Origin: Clostridiales bacterium UBA1775 | GTDB lineage: Bacteria; Bacillota; Clostridia; Monoglobales; Firm-18 | Assembly: GCA_002314595.1 (NCBI GenBank) | Contig: DCGP01000041.1 | Span: 273 to 64,272, forward strand | DNA length: 64,000 nt | Direction of reading: 5' to 3' | Made by a program: the position numbers and the translations under genes | Notes under the pieces: model-generated | The model's database searches: none | What the model saw: only the letters and a program-made list of their open reading frames with translations | What the model was told of the DNA's origin: nothing | Shown here: one piece after another, positions 9,335 to 15,757 of the stretch | Numbering within the stretch: the stretch's first letter is position 1 | Layout: each line of letters opens with the position of its first letter

Positions 9335-9754
9335 ATGTCTTATCAAAATAAAATCAAAATACAATTTCTAAACAAATCTGCAAATGAAGGCTTCGCAAGA
9401 ATTGCAGTTGCAGCCTTTGTGTCCCAAACAGATGTTACTGTTGAACAGCTTGCAGATATTAAAACTTCGGTATCCGAAGCAGTTACAAATGCCATAGTCC
9501 ACGGTTATGAAAGCCTTGTTGGATACATAACTTTAGAATGTGAGCTTGCAAATAATCAAATTACAATCACAGTTTCTGACTGTGGCAGAGGAATGTCCGA
9601 CGTAGAGCTTGCCCGTCAGCCACTATATACTTCTCGCCCTGAGCTTGAACGCTCCGGCATGGGCTTTACCGTAATGGAAACATTTATGGACAATGTTGAG
9701 GTTACATCAAGCTTGGGTATGGGCACAACTGTAAAGATGACAAAGATACTTTAG
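9335..9754 (+). CDS. spoIIAB: Anti-sigma-F factor / serine kinase SpoIIAB
   Basis: GHKL ATPase boxes EAVTNAIVHG, DCGRGM and SGMGFT. Confidence 0.9.
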   Translation: MSYQNKIKIQFLNKSANEGFARIAVAAFVSQTDVTVEQLADIKTSVSEAVTNAIVHGYESLVGYITLECELANNQITITVSDCGRGMSDVELARQPLYTSRPELERSGMGFTVMETFMDNVEVTSSLGMGTTVKMTKIL

Positions 9755-9764
9755 GGGTGATACT

Positions 9765-10484
9765 TTGGAATACAAAGACATTTACCAAGCAATATCACTT
9801 GCCAAGTATGGTGATAAGGATGCAAGAGAGTATGTTGTTACATACAATACAGGCCTTGTGTGGAGTATTGTTAAAAAGTTTATGGGCAGAGGTTACGACC
9901 CTGACGACCTGTTTCAAATAGGCTCTATCGGGCTTATTAAGGCTATGGATAAATTTGATAAAGACTTTAATGTTAAATTTTCCACCTATGCTGTTCCTTT
10001 AATAATGGGAGAAATTAAAAGGCACATTAGAGATGACGGAATTATTAAGGTAAGCCGTAATATTAAGGAAATTGCCATAAAGGCAAGGTCTGCAACGGAC
10101 AAGCTTTCAAAGAAATTGGGCAAAGAGCTGTCAGTTAAAGAAATTGCCGAATATATTGGAGTACCGGCAGAGGAGATTGCAATTGCACTTGATGCCACGG
10201 TTGTACCTGAATCTATTAACGCCTCCATAGGTGATGATGGCAAGGAGCTTGGGGAAACCATAGCCTGTAAAGGAGATATGGAACAGGCAATTATTAGTCG
10301 TATTGCCATTAAAGATGCACTTTGCAGGCTGGCATATAGAGAAAGGCAAGTTATAATTTTAAGATATTTTAATGATAAAACACAATTACAAATAGCAAAA
10401 CTGCTTGGGATTTCACAGGTTCAAGTTTCGAGAATAGAAAAAAGGGTTCTACAAAAAATGAAAAAAATGATAGTAGGGTTGTAG
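9765..10484 (+). CDS. sigF: Sporulation sigma factor SigF
   Basis: Sigma-70 region 2 (FSTYAVPLIMGEIKRHIRD) and region 4.2 HTH (TQLQIAKLLGISQVQVSRIEKR). Third gene of the spoIIA operon. TTG start. Confidence 0.9.
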   Translation: MEYKDIYQAISLAKYGDKDAREYVVTYNTGLVWSIVKKFMGRGYDPDDLFQIGSIGLIKAMDKFDKDFNVKFSTYAVPLIMGEIKRHIRDDGIIKVSRNIKEIAIKARSATDKLSKKLGKELSVKEIAEYIGVPAEEIAIALDATVVPESINASIGDDGKELGETIACKGDMEQAIISRIAIKDALCRLAYRERQVIILRYFNDKTQLQIAKLLGISQVQVSRIEKRVLQKMKKMIVGL

Positions 10485-10571
10485 GAAAATGCACCGACTC
10501 TACCCAAAGAACAAAAAGCATTTATATAGTTGTTTTTAAGCCAAAAGGAACAAAAAGCTTTTTGGAACAGA

Positions 10572-10620
10572 AATAAAAAACCAAGGTTATTACACATATA
10601 ACCTTGGTTTTAATTTTTTA
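10572..10620. terminator. Bidirectional intrinsic terminator between sigF and bioY
   Basis: 12-bp perfect stem AACCAAGGTTAT (10579-10590) / ATAACCTTGGTT (10598-10609), A-run before and T-rich tract after. The right arm lies inside the last codons of bioY. Confidence 0.7.
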
Positions 10621-11108
10621 ATCAAAATAACAGAAGCAATTATTTTTAATATGTCCCCAACAACAAAGGGCAACACGCAAATTGCAAGGGCTGAAACAAC
10701 AGGTGTATGGGTAATTAGTGAATAACCTACTGTGCCAAAGCCATAGCAAACTGTTGTTGCAATCAGCATACCTAACACCTTAGCCCAAATGCTTTTAAAT
10801 TTATCGTAAAAAACACCTACGATAAACACCATTGGCAAATATCCAATAATAAACCCACCGGTAGGCCCTGCAATTACACCAAGTCCACCACGAAATGCAG
10901 AAAATACAGGCACTCCCACAGCACCTAACAATATGTATACAGCAACACTTAATGTGCCATATTTTTTACCTAACACACCACCTGAAACCATTACCCCTGC
11001 TGTTGTCAAATTTACAGGCACAACACCTATTGGAATAATTATTTGGGACAAAATCGCCAAAAATACTGCTTGCAGTGATGTATACACAATTTTCCTTGTT
11101 TTAATCAC
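10590..11108 (-). CDS. bioY: Biotin transporter BioY (ECF S-component)
   Basis: BioY-like TM pattern (...IPIGVVPVNLTTAGVMVSGGVLGKKYG...GPTGGFIIGY). The track start ATG at 11144 overlaps the predicted -10 box and has no RBS. The GTG at 11108 has AAGG 8 nt upstream, so the start is uncertain (11108 or 11144). Confidence 0.8.
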   Translation of the reverse strand: MIKTRKIVYTSLQAVFLAILSQIIIPIGVVPVNLTTAGVMVSGGVLGKKYGTLSVAVYILLGAVGVPVFSAFRGGLGVIAGPTGGFIIGYLPMVFIVGVFYDKFKSIWAKVLGMLIATTVCYGFGTVGYSLITHTPVVSALAICVLPFVVGDILKIIASVILIKKLKPRLYV

Positions 11109-11142
11109 CTTTACAACCTTTTCCTTTTGTTTTTTCAAAAAC

Positions 11143-11171
11143 ATTATACTTTAATGCAAAAAAAATGTCAA
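11143..11171 (-). promoter_or_regulatory. Sigma-A-type promoter for bioY
   Basis: On the reverse strand: TTGACA (11171-11166), 17-nt spacer, TATAAT (11148-11143). Confidence 0.5.
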
Positions 11172-11178
11172 CAAAATG

Positions 11179-11207
11179 TTGACAAAAATACAAAAATGTT
11201 ATACAAT
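11179..11207 (+). promoter_or_regulatory. Sigma-A-type promoter for the abrB-family gene
   Basis: TTGACA (11179-11184), 17-nt spacer, TACAAT (11202-11207). Its -35 and the bioY -35 form the palindrome TGTCAACAAAATGTTGACA. Confidence 0.5.
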
Positions 11208-11240
11208 TAACTTGGAATTTTACGAAAGAGGTGAAATTTT

Positions 11241-11483
11241 ATGAAGTCAACAGGAATCGTTAGAAAAATCGATGAAGTTGGCAGAATAGTATTGCCAAAG
11301 GAAATGAGAGATGTTTTAGGCATCGACTACAAAGATCCTATGGAAATCTATGCTGACGAGGACAAGATTGTTCTAAAGAAGTACGAAAACGAATGTGTCT
11401 TCTGTGGAAATACTGCTAAGTTACTTTCCTTTAAAGGAAGAACAGTTTGTGAGAAGTGCAAAAAAGAATTCGCAAGACTCTAA
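11241..11483 (+). CDS. abrB: AbrB/SpoVT-family transition-state regulator with C-terminal Cys4 ribbon
   Basis: N-terminal swapped-hairpin signature MKSTGIVRKIDEVGRIVLPKEMR. C-terminal CVFCGN...CEKC. AGAGGTGA RBS. Confidence 0.8.
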   Translation: MKSTGIVRKIDEVGRIVLPKEMRDVLGIDYKDPMEIYADEDKIVLKKYENECVFCGNTAKLLSFKGRTVCEKCKKEFARL

Positions 11484-11498
11484 TGAAAGGCCCATATT

Positions 11499-11534
11499 AA
11501 AACAGAGTACAGTTTACTGTACTCTGTTTTATTG
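11499..11534 (+). terminator. Intrinsic terminator of the abrB-family gene
   Basis: Stem AACAGAGTAC (11501-11510) / GTACTCTGTT (11519-11528) followed by a T-rich tract. Confidence 0.7.
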
Positions 11535-11540
11535 TATACG

Positions 11541-11576
11541 GAAAATAGGCAACTGAAAAATCAGTTGCCTATTTTT
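11541..11576. terminator. Bidirectional hairpin terminator downstream of the DUF3006 gene
   Basis: 12-bp stem ATAGGCAACTGA (11545-11556) / TCAGTTGCCTAT (11561-11572), flanked by an A-run and a T-run. Confidence 0.65.
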
Positions 11577-11772
11577 ATCTATTAAACAAATTATCTAATC
11601 TTTTTTGTGCTATATCCTCTTGGTTTTTAGTTTCTTCCTTATCAATTGCAAGGTCTATAATATCACTTTCCTTTACTCCCTTAGGAAGATAGCAAACATC
11701 AATATCAAAGGTTTTGCCGTTACATTCTACAACTGCAATGTTGCCCTCTATTCTATCAACAATCCATTTCAT
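11575..11772 (-). CDS. DUF3006-family small protein
   Basis: 65 aa. MKWIVDRIEGNIAVVE...FDIDVCYLPKGVKESDII matches the DUF3006 pattern as I recall it. Confidence 0.65.
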   Translation of the reverse strand: MKWIVDRIEGNIAVVECNGKTFDIDVCYLPKGVKESDIIDLAIDKEETKNQEDIAQKRLDNLFNR

Positions 11773-11780
11773 AGTATCAC

Positions 11781-12482
11781 CTATTTACCCATTTTTTCAG
11801 GCTTTGGATAAGTTTCTCCCTTAGTGTCTACACGAACCTTTTTCATCACTTGGTCTGTAAGAGGCTTATCCACGCTATCTGTTTCTGTTTTAGAAATTGC
11901 ATCTGCTACGTCCATACCCTCTGTTACTTTACCAAATGACGCATAGTTTCCGTCAAGCTCGGCATTTGTTTCAACCATAATAAAGAATTGGCTACCTGCA
12001 CTATCTGCAAGGAATGCTGTCCTTGCCATAGATACGACACCACGCTCGTGCTTTAAGTCATTTTGGAAACCATTGTTTGTAAACTCACCTCTAATAAAGT
12101 AACCGGGGCCACCTGTTCCGTCTCCCTTAGGGTCGCCACCTTGAATCATAAAGCCTTCAATACAACGGTGGAAAATCAAACCGTCATAAAATCCACTGTT
12201 TGCAAGGTCTATAAAATTACACACTGTATTTGGTGCAATTTCGGGATAAAGCTCAAAAACAATTTTTTTGCCGTCCTGCATTTCAATTGTTGCAACCGGA
12301 TTTTTAGTAATATCCATATCCTTAACTTCCTCGGCAGTTTCTGTTCCCCATTCCCCTGTACCGTATTTGTTAGGCACTGTCTTTTTCATAGCGTCCTTTA
12401 CAGAAATAACTGTTAATGTTATTATACCTGCAACTAAAACACCTATAATTGATAAAATAATAATTAGTGTTTTCTTTGACAT
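11781..12482 (-). CDS. Membrane-anchored/exported cyclophilin-type peptidyl-prolyl isomerase
   Basis: N-terminal TM anchor LIIILSIIGVLVAGIITLTVI, then a cyclophilin core FHRCIEGFMIQGGDP / SAGSQFFI. The ATG at 12482 has GGAGG 7 nt upstream; the track start at 12488 is a TTG two codons upstream. Confidence 0.85.
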   Translation of the reverse strand: MSKKTLIIILSIIGVLVAGIITLTVISVKDAMKKTVPNKYGTGEWGTETAEEVKDMDITKNPVATIEMQDGKKIVFELYPEIAPNTVCNFIDLANSGFYDGLIFHRCIEGFMIQGGDPKGDGTGGPGYFIRGEFTNNGFQNDLKHERGVVSMARTAFLADSAGSQFFIMVETNAELDGNYASFGKVTEGMDVADAISKTETDSVDKPLTDQVMKKVRVDTKGETYPKPEKMGK

Positions 12483-12588
12483 TTGCAAACCTCCAAAATA
12501 TTAAAAATTGTCTTGTATAAAACAAAAATAAATGATATAATTATTATAATATTATTTTATTAAAATTGCAATAGAAACAGGTGAAAAA

Positions 12589-13095
12589 ATGAGAATATTG
12601 GGAATTGACCCGGGAATTGCCATTGTAGGATTTGGAATAATTGAATATGACAATGTGAAATTTAAGGTAATTGACTATGGTGCAATTACGTCCCCTGCCC
12701 ATACTCCTACACCTTCAAGGCTTAAAATGATTTACGATGACATAAACTACGTTATTGATAAATATAAGCCTGATGAAATTGCAATTGAAGAACTTTTTTA
12801 CAACAACAACGCCAAAACTGTTATAAACGTTGGACAGGCAAGAGGAGTGCTGATTTTGGCAGGTGAAAACCACAACATTCCGGTTTTTGAATACACTCCC
12901 TTACAGGTAAAGCAAGGTGTTGTAGGTTACGGACGAGCTGTTAAAAAGCAAGTGCAGGAAATGGTTAAAAATATTTTAGGCTTAAAGGAAGTGCCAAAGC
13001 CTGACGATACAGCAGATGCCCTTGCTATTGCTATATGCCACGCCCATGCAGGTGGTGGAGTAAACAGGCTGATTACTGCATTAAAAGACAGATAG
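12589..13095 (+). CDS. ruvC: Holliday junction resolvase RuvC
   Basis: MRILGIDPG..., EELF and DTADALAIAICH catalytic motifs. Confidence 0.9.
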   Translation: MRILGIDPGIAIVGFGIIEYDNVKFKVIDYGAITSPAHTPTPSRLKMIYDDINYVIDKYKPDEIAIEELFYNNNAKTVINVGQARGVLILAGENHNIPVFEYTPLQVKQGVVGYGRAVKKQVQEMVKNILGLKEVPKPDDTADALAIAICHAHAGGGVNRLITALKDR

Positions 13096-13106
13096 GAGTA
13101 ATAATT

Positions 13107-13688
13107 ATGTATGATTATATAAAAGGTATTGTTACCAAAATTGCTGAAAACTATGCAGTCCTTGAAAATAACGGCATAGGCTACAAAATAATAACTACTA
13201 AAAATTCCTTGCAAAGCATTAAAGACAAGTCTGCAACATTTTACACCTACTTGTATGTTAGGGAGGATATTTTTGACCTTTACGGATTTACTACGGAGGA
13301 GGAGCGCTCAGCTTTTGAAATGCTTATCTCTGTTAGTGGTGTAGGCCCTAAGGCAGGTATTGCTGTGCTTTCTTGTTTAAAGGCTTCGGAGCTTGCAACT
13401 GCAATTGTTACGAACCAACCAAAGCTAATTACATCAGCACAGGGAATTGGCCCTAAAATGGCTCAAAGAATTATTTTAGAGTTAAAGGACAAAATCAAAA
13501 ACAATGACATTGTTCCGTCCTCTGTTGACTTTGGAACAGTTGATGCAGAAAATGACACAGTTGACGCCCTAACGGTTTTGGGATATTCAAGACAGGAGGC
13601 AGTAAATGCCTTAAAGGGTGTGCCTGCCGAATATTCTGTTGAGGACAAAATAAAATATGCACTTAAAAATATGATGAAAAAGAATTGA
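13107..13688 (+). CDS. ruvA: Holliday junction branch-migration protein RuvA
   Basis: MYDYIKGIV... start at 13107 with AGGAG RBS; the track ORF extends spuriously upstream into ruvC. HhH region VSGVGPKAGIAVL and domain III LGYSRQEAVNAL. Confidence 0.9.
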   Translation: MYDYIKGIVTKIAENYAVLENNGIGYKIITTKNSLQSIKDKSATFYTYLYVREDIFDLYGFTTEEERSAFEMLISVSGVGPKAGIAVLSCLKASELATAIVTNQPKLITSAQGIGPKMAQRIILELKDKIKNNDIVPSSVDFGTVDAENDTVDALTVLGYSRQEAVNALKGVPAEYSVEDKIKYALKNMMKKN

Positions 13689-13703
13689 TATAGGAGAAAA
13701 TAT

Positions 13704-14594
13704 ATGTTTAAATCAGGCTTTATTTCAATTATGGGCAGACCTAATGCAGGTAAATCTACATTGCTAAATGCAATGTTAGGTGAAAAAATTGCAGCTGTTT
13801 CTTCCAAGCCACAAACTACAAGAACTCAAATTATGGGGGTGCTTACCCACGAAAATTGTCAGTTTGTGTTTGTGGACACCCCCGGTATTCACAAGCCTAA
13901 AAACAAATTGGGCAAATTTATGGTAAAAGAGGCTGAAACAAGCACAGATGAGGCTGATATTATACTATACCTTGTTGATGCTTCAACTTTTAATTTTGAA
14001 AGAGAACAAGAGGTTTTAGACGGTATTAACGGCAAAAACATTATTCTTATTATCAACAAAACAGACAAGGTAGAAGAAAAGGAAAACATATTGCCAATAA
14101 TTGCCAATATGAGTAATTACAGGGAATTTGAGGAAATTGTTCCAATTTCTGCACTTAAAAAAGATGGTGTGGAGGATTTGCTTAATTTGATTGAAGAAAA
14201 ATTGCCGGAGGGTCCTAAATTTTTCCCTGATGACACCTTAACAGACCAACCTGAAAAGCAGATTGTTGCTGAATTTATCAGGGAAAAACTTATGCGTAAC
14301 CTAAATGACGAAATTCCATTTGGCATTGCAGTTACAACAGATTCTATGAAGTACAACGAAGGCAAAAATTTAACATCTATCAGTGCTACAATCTACTGTG
14401 AAAGAGATTCTCACAAGGCAATTATTATCGGTAAAAAAGGCGAAACGTTAAAGAAAATCGGCTCTCAGGCAAGGCACGATTTAGAAAGATTCACTCAATC
14501 AAAGGTGTTTTTGGAGCTGTGGGTTAAGGTAAAGGATAATTGGAGAAACAGCGATATAATGCTTAAAAACTTTGGTTACAAGGAACAAAAATAG
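13704..14594 (+). CDS. era: GTPase Era
   Basis: G1 GRPNAGKST, G3 DTPG, G4 NKTD, and a C-terminal KH domain. Confidence 0.95.
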   Translation: MFKSGFISIMGRPNAGKSTLLNAMLGEKIAAVSSKPQTTRTQIMGVLTHENCQFVFVDTPGIHKPKNKLGKFMVKEAETSTDEADIILYLVDASTFNFEREQEVLDGINGKNIILIINKTDKVEEKENILPIIANMSNYREFEEIVPISALKKDGVEDLLNLIEEKLPEGPKFFPDDTLTDQPEKQIVAEFIREKLMRNLNDEIPFGIAVTTDSMKYNEGKNLTSISATIYCERDSHKAIIIGKKGETLKKIGSQARHDLERFTQSKVFLELWVKVKDNWRNSDIMLKNFGYKEQK

Positions 14595-14654
14595 TAAAAT
14601 TTTCATAGAATATAATTACCTTTATGGCAAAATATAATTACAGAGGTGATTATC

Positions 14655-14801
14655 ATGCTTGAAAATTTCAGTTGGGATTTTTTTACCAAAACAGGTAGTA
14701 TCGAAGCCTTTTTGGAATACAAAAAAATAAAGGATTTGAAAAGTAATGACAACGGAAATTACCACAACGGGTATGATAATAAAGGAAACCAAAGTGGGTG
14801 A
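14655..14801 (+). CDS. yqzL: YqzL-like small protein (48 aa), below the ORF-track size cutoff
   Basis: ATG at 14655 with AGAGGTGA RBS. MLENFSWDFFTKTGSIEAFLEYKK resembles the YqzL N-terminal pattern (F-[ST]-W..F..TG.i..[FY]L). It sits in the canonical era-yqzL-recO position. The 3' part overlaps recO. Confidence 0.55.
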   Translation: MLENFSWDFFTKTGSIEAFLEYKKIKDLKSNDNGNYHNGYDNKGNQSG

Positions 14802-15477
14802 GGGCAACAAAATATTTACCATACTTACTGCTGAACACGGCAAAATCCAAGCAAGCGGTGCAGGGGTTAGAAGCTATAAAAGTAAGTTAAGTGCCGGTTG
14901 CTCTTTGTTTTGCTATTCCAACTTTATTTTAAAGCAAGGTAAAAGCAAAACCATTTACAACATTGTTTCTGCCGAAAAACAAATGGATTTTTATGACTTG
15001 CGTTACGATTTGCACGGGCTTGCGCTTACCAACTACTTATGCGACCTTGCTAATTACTACACAGATTCAAATATGGAATGCAAGGAAATATTAAGGCTGA
15101 TTTTAAACACTGTTTATTACATAAAAAAAGAGGGTTATAATCCTAAAATTAAGCCTGTTTTTGAATTTAGGTTGCTTACTGAAAGTGGATTTTCTCCTGA
15201 TTTTTACAGTTGTTCAAACTGTGGTAATGATAAAAGCCTAGTTCATTTTTCAGTTGAAAATTCTGCTGTGCTTTGTAAAAACTGCTCCAAGGCTGAAAAT
15301 TTGTCCCAAGGTACATTAGACGCAATCAGGTACATTACAAGCACAGAGCAAAAGAACATATTTAATTTTGAAATTAGTGATGATGTGCTAACCCAACTGA
15401 CTAATTTGGCAGAGGAATATTTGTTGCATAATTTAGGCAAAGTTCCAAAATCGCTGATATATTTAAAATCATTATAA
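14746..15477 (+). CDS. recO: DNA repair protein RecO
   Basis: N-terminal OB-fold region GMIIKETKVGEGNKIFTILTAEHGKI and the Cys4 zinc motif CSNCGN...CKNC. The start is uncertain (14746 or 14773). Confidence 0.85.
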   Translation: MTTEITTTGMIIKETKVGEGNKIFTILTAEHGKIQASGAGVRSYKSKLSAGCSLFCYSNFILKQGKSKTIYNIVSAEKQMDFYDLRYDLHGLALTNYLCDLANYYTDSNMECKEILRLILNTVYYIKKEGYNPKIKPVFEFRLLTESGFSPDFYSCSNCGNDKSLVHFSVENSAVLCKNCSKAENLSQGTLDAIRYITSTEQKNIFNFEISDDVLTQLTNLAEEYLLHNLGKVPKSLIYLKSL

Positions 15478-15511
15478 AAGGAGTTGTAGAATTTTGCTAC
15501 AACTCCTTTTT
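15477..15511. terminator. Hairpin terminator after recO (also the terminal module of the repeat family)
   Basis: Stem GGAGTTGTAG (15480-15489) / CTACAACTCC (15497-15506), flanked by AAAA and TTTTT. Nearly identical to the hairpin at 45028-45054. Confidence 0.75.
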
Positions 15512-15527
15512 AAAACTGTGTTTTTAG

Positions 15528-15748
15528 CCTGTGCATTTTTTCCTCTATTTTAGGTTGGGGAAAAATAGTGAGGTTTGTTCAAAATGCTTGCATGGTCTGT
15601 GCATTTTTCCCTCTCTTTTTGTTTTGGAAAAAATAGTACAGATTGGACAAACTGAGGCAACCTGTGGTTGCCCTCCCGAAGGCGTATATAGATACGCCAA
15701 GTGGCGAAGTTTGTTCAAAATGCTTGCATGGTCTGTGCATTTTTCCAC
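15528..15748. repeat. Structured intergenic repeat family, locus A (about 2.5 units)
   Basis: A 38-nt direct repeat GTTTGTTCAAAATGCTTGCATGGTCTGTGCATTTTTCC at 15573-15610 and 15710-15747 (137-nt period). The second unit contains nested hairpins: GGCAACC/GGTTGCC at 15657-15673, GGCGTAT/ATACGCC at 15681-15698, and outer arms TTGGACAAACT / AGTTTGTTCAA. Confidence 0.85.
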
Positions 15749-15757
15749 AGCCCTATA

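Noticed and set aside
11166-11184. BirA (biotin repressor) operator at the bioY promoter.
   Set aside because: Known Firmicute BirA operators, as I recall them, have half-sites separated by ~14-16 nt. Here the 8-bp half-sites are separated by only 3 nt, and they coincide with two -35 boxes.
15528-15748. Possible CRISPR array suggested by the recurring ~22-38-nt motifs at loci A and B (also 42561-42948).
   Set aside because: The sequences between the repeated motifs are themselves repeated and strongly self-complementary. The periods (137 and 204 nt) are far longer than CRISPR repeat-spacer units. There are at most three units and no cas genes in the window.
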